Positions 1 to 12,290 of a stretch of DNA of 64,000 bases are shown here, in pieces (position 1 is the stretch's first letter; each line of letters opens with the position of its first letter). The position numbers were made by a program, and so were the translations under genes. The stretch comes from Flaccisagitta enflata (Eukaryota), in assembly GCA_965153355.1 (NCBI GenBank), contig OZ231126.1, positions 44,640,001-44,704,000 on the forward strand, given 5' to 3'. The notes beneath the pieces were generated by a model. The model was not told the origin of the DNA, made no database searches, and saw only the letters and a program-made list of their open reading frames with translations.

Positions 1-1
1 C

Positions 2-2249
2 GACGACGATGGGTCAAAACCGGCGGCTCGGCTTCTCGATCTTCGAAAGGCTTATCCGAGGGTTAATAAGCCCGCGCTGTGGCGCCTTCTGAGGAGGTAC
101 GGACTGGACGGTGATTTTCTCAGAGTCATAATGGATCTACACGAGACTACCGAGTACGCGATTAGGGGGAAGGAGGGAAACTCGGAAGGATGGGTGCCGG
201 ACAGAGGATTGAGGGAAGGATGCCCATCGTCACCGATCCTTTTCAACATCTTCCATCAAGCGGTGATGAGGGTCGCAATTGAGGAAAGGAAGGAAAAGGC
301 GGAGGAAAGCGAAAAGGAAGTGGGGGTGTGCATGAAATGGGTGCCAGGAAGTGCGATTCCAAGTGAGAAATTATGGGAGAAGGAAAACTCAGAGGCAGTG
401 GAAGTGTGGGTAGATCTGAGCCTGTTTGCGGACGACACAACTGTAGTGGGAAATGAGGAGGAACTGGAAGAAGGGGTGGAGACGGTGAAAAGAGTAATGG
501 GATATTTCGAAGAACGTAACAACGACGACAAGGAAGAGAAGTTGGTTTTCGGTGAGAAAGAGGGTGAAGGAATTCGGATGCTTGGCTGCTGGATGGGGTG
601 GAAGACGGACGTGGATCAGAGGCTGGGAAGAGCAAGGAAGCCATGGGCCAAGGTCAGAGGTCGCTTAGTCGGTTCAAAATTAAGCAAGAAGATGCAGGCG
701 AGAATCATCGAAGCAAGTGTAGAGAGTGGCCTTCTGTTCGACTGTGCAGTAAGGGTATGGCAGATCAAGGAGATCAAACAGTTACAGAGCATGGTCGACA
801 GATGTTACCGTTACGTCTGGAGCAGGAAAACAGGACCGCCGCTTATTCAAATGGAGAAGGAACGAAAAAATATGTGGGATGTGAGAAGAGAGCTTGGAGT
901 TAAATCTCTGCGGTGGAAGATTGAGAAGCAAGTTCTAGAGAGAATAGGGCACGTGATCAGAATGGACGACGAGAGGAGAGCAAAGGCAGTGATTCTAGGA
1001 TGGATGAGAGAGTTGGAAAAGTGGGAAAAACCAAAAGGAAGAAGAAGAAAAACTATCTGCTACTGGAAGAAGCTACTAAGAGAAGCGGGAGTGGATTGGA
1101 CTGACATTAACAGCGCAACCAAAGACCGGAAAAAATGGAAAAGGATCGTGAAGGAAAGGATGAAGAAAGTGGACAAGTGGGAGAAAGGTACATGTCATCA
1201 TTGGTCAGGAGAAGTCGTGGATAGAAATGAGCAGAAGATAACGATGGTGGACTTCGTCTGCGACGTCTGTGGGAAAAGATGCAAGTCGAAAGGAGGGTTG
1301 GTAGTGCATAGGAGAAGATTACATGAGGTGTCAAAGAAGAAAAAGATTTTTGAGTGTGAAGCGTGTGAGGAAAAATTCCAACAGGAGGCGAATTTGTGGA
1401 ATCACAAGAAGATATGCGGCGGGGCTGCTGCAAGCAGCAGCGACAGAAGGATGTGTGCCTGCGGTAGAGAATTTGCTAAAAGTTACATAGCACGCCATAA
1501 GGAGAAGTGTCTAAGGGCCGAGGCAGCGAGAGAAGAAGTAGAGGAGAGGCTGCCACGAGTCTACACGGTGAACAAGCTCAAGTGGGGGAAAGTAAAAGCT
1601 CAGGATTTCAAAACTACCAGAGCATCACATTTCATCTCTTGCAGTGTTGTAGAAAATTACTTGACATTTTGTATAAGCCAAAGCTGAGATCATTAGCTCA
1701 AATACTTTAGAGGATACATTAAAATCTTTGAAATATCCATAACTAGGAATAGCTCAAAAAACAACTTTCAGACTTGAGCGCTTTGAAACTGGTAAATGAT
1801 GTTGTTTCATTCTTTCATCAATTATTGAACCAAATGTTGCATTCTTGGTTTCTACCTGAAGCACCATGAATGCCTTTTAGGTTTTTCTATCCAACTCAAT
1901 AAATTCATGCTATTTTCTTAACTGCAATTTGAGTTTGATTGAGAATCGATGAGCAATTTTTTGAGGTTGGAGAGGAACCTTCACATTTTTGGTCATATCT
2001 TTTTAGCTGTTTCAATTTTTCTATTTTGACCAACCAAAGCAAGAGGAACAAATGTCAGGCAGTTCCCTACAAGGAGCAACTTTCAAATTATGAATATCTT
2101 AAGTTGTTGAGGCGTAATAAGCTTTTACTTTCCCCCACTTGAGGTTGTTCACCCTGTACAGAAGTGCAAGAAAGACCTGCGACTGCGGGAAAGAAATGGC
2201 AAAAACAAACTACTCAAGACACAAGCGCGAAGCATGCCCAAATCGGTGA
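2..2249 (+). mobile_element. Non-LTR retrotransposon (RTE-like LINE): reverse transcriptase plus C-terminal zinc fingers; 5' part outside the window; interrupted by a MITE at 1564-2156
   Basis: The frame is open from base 2 (DLRKAYPRV...GLREGCPSSPILFN...LFADD RT motifs). Fingers CDVC..H..H, CEAC..H..C and CAC..H..C follow. After removing the MITE the frame continues VYRSARKTCDCGKEMAKTNYSRHKREACPNR* to TGA at 2247-2249, followed by a simple-repeat tail. Confidence 0.9.
1564..2156. mobile_element. MITE, Tc1/mariner-type (TA target duplication)
   Basis: ~37-bp TIRs CACGGTGAACAAGCTCAAGTGGGGGAAAGTAAAAGCT / AGCTTTTACTTTCCCCCACTTGAGGTTGTTCACCCTG; TA at 1562-1563 and 2157-2158; AT-rich non-coding interior. 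Confidence 0.9.
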
Positions 2250-2291
2250 AGCATGTGCCTATCGAGCACGGAATGCTTTCTATGGTCTATG

Positions 2292-2336
<45 letters not shown>

Positions 2337-2484
2337 AACGACGTTGTTAACAACAATAACGACGACGACAACGACGACAATGTAGACAACAACGACAACA
2401 ACGACAATAAAGACAACAACGACAACGACAATAACGACAACGACAACAACGACAGGAAGCACGAACATGATAACAATAACAAAA
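2292..2484 (+). repeat. (GAC)n grading into a GAC/AAC trinucleotide tract; probable 3' tail of the LINE
   Basis: Begins about 40 bp after the LINE stop codon. Confidence 0.75.
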
Positions 2485-2559
2485 ACAGTTTAGAAACATA
2501 AACTACTTTTGATAGTCCAACGCATTAACTTGAATAAAAACAACCGGAACGTCTGCAAA

Positions 2560-2906
2560 AACAAGGCCAACACCTATAAGTCGCGTGCGAGACTTAAAGA
2601 TTAAAAATGACTTAGAATGACTTAAAATGACTAAGAACGACTCAGAACGACATAGAATGCCCGAGAATGACCTAAAATGACCTAAAATGACCAAAAAGGA
2701 CTTGAAATGACAAAATGACCTAATGACCAAAAATGACTTAGAATGACCTAAAATGACTTAAAATGACTTAGAATGACTAAGAATGCCTTAGAATTACTTA
2801 GAATGAATAAAAATGACTTAAAGAAATAAAAGTGAAAAAAAGGTAAATGTGACCGACCGACGGACGGAAGGACAAAGCGGATTGTAGAGTCGCGTGCACG
2901 CGACTT
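2560..2906 (-). mobile_element. HINE/DINE-1-like element (family A) with a short internal ~10-bp ATGAC(T/C)AAA repeat
   Basis: Terminal palindrome AGTCGCGTGCACGCGACT, GACC/GACG microsatellite, and opposite end AACAAGGCCAACACCTATAAGTCGCGTGC identical to the ends at 30634 and 46019. Confidence 0.75.
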
Positions 2907-3003
2907 ATAACAGTTGAGTGAGAGAATAACTGAGGAGTCAACTTAACAGCAACGAATACCGAACACAATCGCGATTATCAGTATTTTTGTTTCTTTTTTT
3001 TAG

Positions 3004-3152
3004 TGCATCCTGGGCTTTTCGGGAGCGGCTGCCGTCTACTCCGTGACATGCGTTTGTCTGGGTCAAAAAATGCGACGATTTCGTCCTTTGGCCTTGTCTT
3101 TGGGTCAAACTGGATCTCCAGTCGGAGGGATTTTGTTTCCTTACTTGTTCAG
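3004..3152 (+). CDS. SLC16/monocarboxylate-type MFS transporter, internal exon (not in the ORF track)
   Basis: Poly-T AG acceptor at 3002-3003. Translates CILGFSGAAAVYSVTCVCLGQKMRRFRPLALSLGQTGSPVGGILFPYLF(R), resembling MCT TM4-TM5. The phase-2 GT donor at 3153 matches the phase of the next exon. Confidence 0.8.
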
Positions 3153-3230
3153 GTCACTGAGTAAAAATTCAGCCCTTTGACTGTATAATATGCAATAGTC
3201 GCGGTCAGGCAAGGGCAGAAAACACACACA

Positions 3231-3331
<101 letters not shown>

Positions 3332-3468
3332 GAACAAACATGGTGACCAGCCGCCCGATGTTCCGGCCGACGGCTTACAGAGTCTAGAAGTAAACTTATT
3401 AAAACGGACTAACATACCTTTAAAATATCCTCTTCGTGATAATTTGTGTTCTACTCTCCATCTTGCAG

Positions 3469-4093
3469 ATGGTTAGCGCGGGAATTTCTGTGGCGCGGTT
3501 GTTTATTTATCGTCGCGGGACTCTTCCTCAACTTTTGCTGCGTCGGGATGCTGTTGCAACCGCGCGTCGACGACGCTGAAACCGCATCCTCGAAAAAGTT
3601 CGTCGACGACGAGTCTTCATCATCGCCTTCCAAGGAGGAAGACTCGACGGACGAATCGCTCGGAGATTGGAAGCGGAATAAAGAAAGATTGAATGAGCTG
3701 GAGGATGATGTAATGAGGGTGGATGCTGTTGGGGTGAATATCGTTCAAGTGGATGCTGCGGGGTTGGCTATTGTTGCAGCGGATGTTGTAATCGAGAAAG
3801 CCCCCATCACCAAAGATCTCGACTTCAACGCTGGTGAAAATCATTCCAAGGAATCTACGCCTTTTTCAATGGACATGAAGACAGTAACAACAACAACAAC
3901 AACGCCGTCGACGACAAATACAACAACAACATTAACAACAACAACAGCAACAACTGCATCGTCAGTTCCTCTTTACAAGCAGACGCGATTTTTAATATTT
4001 TTACCGCACGCGATTTTACATTTTGGCGGAATGACTGCCTGCGTCGTGTATCACCCTTCATTAGCGCTCAGGAGAGGATTGGACACAGATTCG
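3469..4093 (+). CDS. SLC16/monocarboxylate-type MFS transporter, exon with TM6, large cytoplasmic loop and TM7
   Basis: CTTGCAG acceptor; WLAREFLWRGCLFIVAGLFLNFCCVGMLLQP (MCT WRG motif); acidic and Thr-rich loop; GTGAGA donor at 4094 (phase 0). Confidence 0.88.
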
Positions 4094-4226
4094 GTGAGAA
4101 GCTGATTTGGGAGCTAGGAGTGGATGATGTGATGCTCATTTGTTTTTGACCGTGAGTCTGTGTTTCAGGAACTCTTTACCGAGAAAAAAAAATGATCATC
4201 ACTTTTGGCCTCATCACAGTGGATAT

Positions 4227-4871
4227 TAGCCTGTACTGAAATGACAAAAAACAAAAAAAATCGAAATTCTCCGAGCAGTTCATGCTGTGGAGCTGTCTTG
4301 GGCTCCTATTGGCATCATTTTCAGCTTTAAAAAAATACATCTCGGTTGCCGCGCCTTACCTTGAACTTCACATGGGTCAATAGAAAACCAAAAATTTCAA
4401 ATTGCTCAAATCAATATTTTGACTGCAGATTTGAAATCTGCATGAAAAACTGTCTGTTGAAAGTGCTTTTCTTTTTTTAAAATTCCTCCGGGATCATCAT
4501 CAAAATCCACGCCAAAGATTTTTAAAAAAGGTAAGTTAAGTGATTTAACAAAGAAATTAAAAAAAAAGGTATGTTTCACGATATTTGACATCACATTTGA
4601 CCACCTTCTAATTGGAATATCAAAAAAAGGAAAACACTTTCAATTGTCAGTTTTTTCTGCAGATTCCAAATCTGCAGTCAAAATTACAATTTTAGTACTT
4701 TGAAATTTTGGATTTTCTATAGGGGTAGGGTTAACAGAAGGTCAGGCGCGGCCACCTAAAAGTAGAATTTCAAAGCCAATATTGAATTCAATAGAAGCCT
4801 GAGACAGTCCCACAGCATGAGCTGCTCGGAGAATGTTTATTTTATCGTTTTTGTCATTTAGGTACAGGCTA
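4227..4871. mobile_element. Foldback MITE, hAT-like (8-bp TSD), intronic
   Basis: Termini TAGCCTGTAC.../...GTACAGGCTA with long imperfect inverted arms; TSD GTGGATAT at 4219-4226 and 4872-4879. Confidence 0.85.
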
Positions 4872-5277
4872 GTGGATATATGCAATAGTATAAAGTACCC
4901 GTCATCACTTCTTACTATGATGATATTAGCTCTTGTCTTTAGCATGAACCTTCAGCCTTTACTTGTCTTTACTTGTTGAAATAGGGCTGCTATAATCTCG
5001 GTGTGCTATAATAGAGCTGCTATAATATCGGTTTCGCTATAATGGGCCGTGCTATTTCCGAGCCTGCTATTTTAGAGGCTGCTATTTTGGAAGCGCTATA
5101 ATTTCCGGCACCCATACGGGGCTGTCGCAGTCAAATGTGGGTGGGCACTGGGCAGTGATGAGGGAGGTCATGATGAGGTCATGATGAGGTCATGATGAGG
5201 TCATGATGAGGCGCTGGGGCATATCCAATAAAACAGGTCAACTTTCCTCCCTCTTATTGTCTCTCCTCTCATGACAG

Positions 5278-5488
5278 GTGTCGTTGGTAGTGTTGATCCT
5301 CGGGGTGGCCGACTTGACGGCGCGTTTCTTCGGCGGATTCGCATTGAGCATCCCGAGGATCCGCTCCAAGATGCTCGTCGTCTTCATATTCAACGAGACG
5401 CTGATATGCTGCAGCGCCATCTTTTTAGGGTTAGCCTTCACCCACGAGCAACTCGTCCTCGCTTCCATACTCTTTGGATTTGCGTTTG
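5278..5488 (+). CDS. SLC16/monocarboxylate-type MFS transporter exon
   Basis: Pyrimidine tract plus ACAG acceptor; VSLVVLILGVADLTARFFGG...LASILFGFAF; GTAATA donor (phase 1). Confidence 0.88.
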
Positions 5489-5600
5489 GTAATAATCTTT
5501 TCCTGTTATAGTAATCTGAACATAAGACTTTACTGGCAAGGGTTAATATCTGTGCTATTTTATCACTCGCTTGGTGATAGTTTCCTTCTTCGCTATTCAG

Positions 5601-5726
5601 GCACTTGGTTCGTCATTTTCTTCTCGTTTTTGCCGGATTTTTACGGCGCTTCTAACTTGGGCACGGCACTCGGCGTTTCCCTGTTTTGTGGCGGTTGGGC
5701 TTCACTCGCCGCACCACCAGTTTTCG
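5601..5726 (+). CDS. SLC16/monocarboxylate-type MFS transporter exon
   Basis: TTCAG acceptor; GTWFVIFFSFLPDFYGASNLGTALGVSLFCGGWASLAAPPVF; GTGAGA donor (phase 1). Confidence 0.88.
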
Positions 5727-5919
5727 GTGAGATTTCACGGCTGTCGAGTCTTGCGCTTACGTACAATTATAGGGTAAAAGAAATGAATGAATGAATGAAT
5801 GAATGAATGAATGAATGAATGAATGAATGAATGAATGAATGAATAAATGAATGAGTCAATGAATGAATGAATGAATAAATAAATGAATAAATAAATGAAT
5901 AAATAAATAAATAAATAGA

Positions 5920-5958
<39 letters not shown>

Positions 5959-6135
5959 ATGAATGAATGAATGAATGAACGGAGGAATTATCGATACAAG
6001 CCAACATGACCAAATGTCGGAGAAACATGGACTACTCACTGTCCACATTCGATGAATAACGATTTTGTAGCCACAATCTCAGCTGCTTTGAAGCATCATC
6101 TCTGTGACACTCTCTCTTATCAATTTTCTATTCAG

Positions 6136-6257
6136 GGATGATAGCGGAGCGATTGTTTTACTTCGAGAGTATATTCTTCGTCGCCGCCATCTCCTTTGCC
6201 ATAAGCGCTTTCAACTTGTTGTCCTTGTTTATTTACGATAAAAAGAAACCGAATTAA
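6136..6257 (+). CDS. SLC16/monocarboxylate-type MFS transporter, terminal coding exon
   Basis: TTCAG acceptor; GMIAERLFYFESIFFVAAISFAISAFNLLSLFIYDKKKPN*, the last TM helix; TAA at 6255-6257; phase consistent. Confidence 0.85.
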
Positions 6258-6392
6258 AAAAAGACGAACAAAATAACATCGTTTCGTATGTTTGTTGTAT
6301 GAGAGCAATAGGAAAGTAAACGAAAGAGAACAAAGCAATGCATTTCATTCGGAGGTCTAACAGAATTGCAAAGACGTCTCTGTATACATGGG

Positions 6393-6485
<93 letters not shown>

Positions 6486-7145
6486 TGAAAAAAATCTCTA
6501 TTTCCTCATGTGGAATGAAAAAAAAATGTGGACAAATATTCTTATGTTAAATCTAAGCAAGCAAGGCCGCAAGAGCCTATCGACACCCGTCCGGCATTTA
6601 TTAGACAAGACAGTATTGTAATCCAAACATGTATCGTTGTCAGTCTCGTAGATTTCTGTTGTCAGTCTGGCTCTGTCTATTGTCAATATACTTTAACGTG
6701 TCCATCAGTCATGCATCATTACGCCGTTTTTACTTGGGTAGCAATTCAACTCCGTTTCTGAAAACACATTTGAATCCATGTGGGAAACATTGAAATTGAA
6801 TCCAAATGCATTGATGCTGAGTAGTATGACTATCCATGCGGTATATAGAAAAAAAATAAAGAGAGGTTGTCTTCACCATGAATAGAATTCAACAGAGATA
6901 ATGGAAAAAGAGGAAGGAAAGCAGAAGAAAAATGAAAAAAAAAGGGAAAACCGTTTTAGCAGTGAGAAAAAAAGAAAAGAAAATGGGAAGAAAAAGGAAA
7001 GTTTTTGTGTGTGTGGCTTCCTCTTGTTCTGACCGTCAAGTTGTAAATGGGATTCTCTTCAATTCTCCAGGCTCTTGGACCAACATCATAAGAACGTGAG
7101 AATCTCCAAAGAAAATCTTTTTATGGACCTGTGCCAAACCTCTCT

Positions 7146-7245
<100 letters not shown>

Positions 7246-7425
7246 ATTCTATTCTAAGGCCATCTCTTTCGCGCGTGTAGAAAGTAGACTGTATACAAAA
7301 TAATATCCTCTCTCGCCGTGTGACGTGTCTGCTGCCCAACCTCTTTAAACTCTTTCCTTTATATGCACGGCGAAGGAATGTCTAAGAGTGTGTGCGCACG
7401 TTTGCACGCACGTGAGTGTAAAACA

Positions 7426-7503
<78 letters not shown>

Positions 7504-7835
7504 GGTCGGAAGTAAAGAGACTAAATCAGAGTTTAAAGTCTATGCGTAAGATTGGTTAAGAAATGGTTCAAAATCAGCTTATCTCATTAAGCTGTTAGAA
7601 TACGAATGATTACAAATCGATAAAATACGAAGTCGGTTTAACAATTAACATTTCGCAGTTGGGAAAACAAAAGTCACGTGCAGTCAGAGCCGGGGAACTA
7701 AAACAAAAATGTGCCGATAGTTTGGAAAAAATGGCGGACAGATAGACAGACCGACAGATCAACCACCATTCTGTTCGAGCCGTCTGCGTGGAAGCGATTA
7801 ATGTTATCAATTTACCGAAGGATAGAAAGTCGACA

Positions 7836-8173
7836 GTAGAGTGGGCTCAACTTGGGCATAACAATGAAACATTATTTCCAAGCATTTTTCATGTTCCATT
7901 TGAATAATCAAAGCTCTATTGCATTGGAAAATTGTTTTGGACTTGATCTTATCATTCCGTATTCAATGCTTTAGTTGTATAGAATAAGTATGTTAGAAAT
8001 TTCTCTCAAAATTACAGCAATGTATTCTATATAACTACATCATTGATTACAGAATGGCTAGATCAAGTCCAAATCAATTCCTCAAATACATCGGGCTCTG
8101 ATTACGCAATTGGAACATGAAAAGTGCTGGAAAGTAATGTTTCATTTTAATGCCCAAATTGAGCCCATTCTAC
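7836..8173. mobile_element. Foldback MITE with 6-bp TSD
   Basis: Arms GTAGAGTGGGCTCAACTTGGGCAT... / ...ATGCCCAAATTGAGCCCATTCTAC; TCGACA at 7830-7835 and 8174-8179. Confidence 0.8.
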
Positions 8174-8362
8174 TCGACAGGCGAAAACACATCTACAGCG
8201 AAAGCAGTCAACCGATATAATCTCACAAATATCAGGACATCGTTGATTTAGTTTGCTTCAAACTGCGTCAACCACTGGCAGCAAAGGGAGTCCGTGAATA
8301 TCTCTGTAGTAATTGGTAATCAGGTTTCATTGGGAAAGGTTCAAGTGTCAACAACTGCGTCC

Positions 8363-8464
<102 letters not shown>

Positions 8465-8717
8465 ACATAAGGGCAATGTATACTAGGCGAAGCCAAGCCA
8501 AAGGTCATTCAGGGGGAAAAGTGTTGTATCGCTACTTCGTTAATCTCTCGTCTGCTCACAGGGCGTACGTGCGCTGAGCTTTAGTTTCTTGTGTGCAAAA
8601 TCTGCGTGTGCGTGTGAAATCAAGGCCGTATACCAAGATACCCGGGCAGGGGCATCGATGAAGTAAGTCTTGCAAAAAATTGGGAAGGTGCGATTTTCGC
8701 AAAACTGCCTTCAAACG

Positions 8718-9238
<521 letters not shown>

Positions 9239-10045
9239 GTACCGAGAGGACGTTGATGATGTCCATTGAAAAGGTGTCGAAGGAATGTTCTCTCTCTGTG
9301 TCGATCATTAAGCAGGTCATTGAAGGGCATCCGTCTGTCCGCCCTAAATAGAATCCCTTCATTAATTCATACAAAAAAGACGCAGTTGCTTCGCTTCTCG
9401 AGAGGTGAAAGGAGGTGACGGGATAAAAGTGTGGAGGAGGTGACAGATATGTTTCCATATTCGAGATAGACATGTGTGACATACGGCAAAGAGAAGCAGG
9501 TAGCGTTCGTCGGAACATCAAGGTTCGATACACGGCTATCCATGTCGCATGCGGGTGGGCCGAGGTAGTTACAAAATAGCCCAATCAAGCACATGGGCGG
9601 GGCCGCGATGCAAAAACTACCAATGAAGACTCAAAAAGAAAAGTGTTAAGTATACTTACAGGAACACCGACCGATTGAACCAGCGAGTTAAGGAATCGCG
9701 TGTTCTCGGCTCGAAAAAACACCTTCTTGACAAACATGAAAACTGTTGAACTCCGCAATACCGAATTCAAGGAACCAACAAATCTCATCCATTGAATGCA
9801 GATTTATATTATTTCCAATACAGAAATAAGAAGAAAATGAAGAGACCAAAGTTCTCTATCGTCATTTTGGACTAATTTACTATGAGTGAAATTTTTCCAT
9901 AGTGAACGTCGGCCGATTATTACCAAATTTTCGGTGCTTCTGTAGGGATTGCAAATGTAAAAAAATGACCGAAGCACGACGATTTTTACTTGCCTTTTAC
10001 ACTGACGATATGAAGTGTGACACAAGTGACACAAGTGTTACTGAA

Positions 10046-10336
10046 ACAAGCCCGACCGGGCAAAGATGCGTCCGGGCTGTGTCTTTGTGTGCATTGAACA
10101 TGTGACGTATATGGAGAGACAGATGGACAAACAGACAGATGAAACGACAAGAGTAGTAAAAGAAGCCTTCAAAACATGTTTGTCGATCATTTGATTCAGT
10201 ATGGGGTCTCATTGAGGCCAAAAACAACCGAGGAACGCGGTTTTGGCACTTGCGTAACGGACGGACATACCGACGGACCGACGGACCGACGGAAAAACCC
10301 TCTTATTGAGATGCGTTCCTGACGGACGCATCTAAA
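10046..10336 (-). mobile_element. HINE-like element, family B
   Basis: Reverse-complement homologue of 22266-22555; imperfect terminal palindrome AGATGCGT..ACGCATCT, GACG/GACC microsatellite, AACAAGCCCGACCGGGC end hairpin. Confidence 0.7.
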
Positions 10337-10388
10337 AACGGGTTGTTTTCGCACTAAATTGAGCACATATACTATCAAAATCTTGAGT

Positions 10389-10590
10389 ATGAAGGATGTG
10401 TGTTGGGCACTTGCACTTGGTCTCATGTGATGTCTAGGAACAGCTTTCATCATCGATGAAATGATTGGTGGGAAGAAACAATGCTTCATCGCCCACCATA
10501 TCATGGATTTCTGCTGGGCTGGATTATTGTGAAAATGACCCATAGGCGGATTTCCGTTACTCTTGGATCCATTTTAGCGGGTATTGCTAT
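10389..10590 (+). pseudogene. Possible degenerate N-terminal fragment of an SLC16/MFS paralogue
   Basis: Three successive frames give VCWALALGLM*CLG, NASSPTISWISAG and GWIIVKMTHRRISVTLGSILAGIA, in the order expected for MCT TM1-TM3. This reading needs one stop and frameshifts. Confidence 0.4.
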
Positions 10591-10739
10591 GCGTAAAACA
10601 TCCTTTGTGAGGAACCATTTACGAAATTTCTAAGAAAAAGAACAAGACAAGGTACAATATGGTCGGATACACGGTCAGTTCCTGTCGCGACGCAAGAAGA
10701 AGTTGGAGAAGCAAAAGAAACAGTAGTGGGAAGAGTAAA

Positions 10740-11010
10740 GAAGAAGAAGCAGAAGAGGAAGAAGAAGAAGTAGAAGAAGAAGAAGAAGAAGAAGAAGAAG
10801 AAGAAGAAGAAGAAGAAGAAGAAGAAGAAGAAGAAGAAGAAGAAGAAGAAGAAGAAGAAGATAGAGAAGAAGAAGAAGAAGAAGAAGAAGAAGAAGAAGA
10901 AGAAGAAGAAGAAGAAGAAGAAGAAGAAGAAGAAGAAGAAGAAGAAGAAGAAGAAGAAGAAGATAGAGAAGAAGATCGAGAAGAAGATAGAGAAGAAGAT
11001 GGAGAAGAAG
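10740..11010 (+). repeat. (GAA)n microsatellite
   Basis: Directly visible. Confidence 0.95.
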
Positions 11011-11241
11011 GTGGAGAAAAAGAATAAGAAAAAAAAGGCAAGGGTAAATAAAAAGAAGGAGAAGGGAGAAAAAAGATGACAACGGAGAAAAAGAAGCAAC
11101 ATGATGCATGAGGAGAAGGAAAACGAGAAGAAGAGTTAGAAGAGGAAGGGGAGGAAAGGGAGGGACTGGGCGTAAAAGGTCGGGAAAAAAACGAAAACCT
11201 TTGCAGGCAAATTTGTCCGCTTGAGGTAGAAGGGGAAAGTT

Positions 11242-11412
<171 letters not shown>

Positions 11413-11830
11413 CGCGGTGTTAAAAACGGAAGGACTGTTTTTTGGCCCCTGGCGGATCCCTCGGGCAACATTTTCTCACGTTAAGGAGAGAGAGAACGAG
11501 AATCGGATGGCAGGAGAGGTGAAACGTCAGAGGAAATAGCCCCAAACATTCGCACACAATGCTGATGCCATGGAAATGGACATTATATTGCATGGACGAC
11601 CTGAAGAAACGATCGTTTTCATGTCTAGAGAGGAACCAAGGGCGTGTTTTGACTTCAAGGTAGACGAGATCATTATGTAACAGATCGAATTTAAAGTTTC
11701 TGCACTTTTACTCTTTGTTGTCAATTTACCATTCTGATCATCAAAATCAAAATCAAAATCAAAATCAAAATCAAAATCAAAATCAAAATCAAAATCAAAA
11801 TCAAAATTAAAATCAAAATCAAAATCAAAA

Positions 11831-12290
11831 AAGCGGTCAGCGGCACCCGTGCCCTGCTTAAGTAGGTTGTGATTGAAGTTGACAGGGAGTAAGGCAGCGA
11901 CCATGAAGGGGCTGACGACATATGCTTTCACATACACAGGGAATTTTCTCCTCCTCTACCACCTCCTAGAAATTGGAATTTGGGCCTTAAAACTGATTTT
12001 AGGCATTGGGGCTTCGATTTGGGCCTCAAGGCTGGTATTTGTCCCTCAAGGCTGGGATATGGGCCTCAAGGCGGGGATTTGGGCCTCATAGCAGGAATTT
12101 AGGCCTCTAGGCTGGAATTTGGGCCTTGAGGCTGGGATTGGGGCTTCAAGGCTGGGATTTGAGCTTCAAGGCTGGGATTTGAGCCTTGAAGCTAGGATTG
12201 GGGGGTGGATGTACGGAGGAGAAGAAGGAGATAATTTCCCATATGTGTGAAAGCATAGGTCATCGACCCCTTCGGGATCGCTGCCCAAAA
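11831..12290 (-). mobile_element. Interspersed element family C (terminal GC hairpin, internal 20-21-bp tandem repeat); HINE-like architecture
   Basis: Reverse-complement similarity to 15520-16022, 58262-58513 and 59612-60676 (GGGCAGCG..GATGACCTATGCTTTCACA end; CCCAGCCTTGAGGCCCAAAT units). Confidence 0.7.

Noticed and set aside
1564..1687. C-terminal TVNKLKWG...CISQS of the 518-aa ORF as real protein
   Set aside because: It is read-through into the MITE; the true end lies at 2159-2249.
11570..11659. Short ATG-initiated frame MEMDIILHGRPEE...FDFK followed by GT
   Set aside because: No recognisable homology or downstream exon could be supported.
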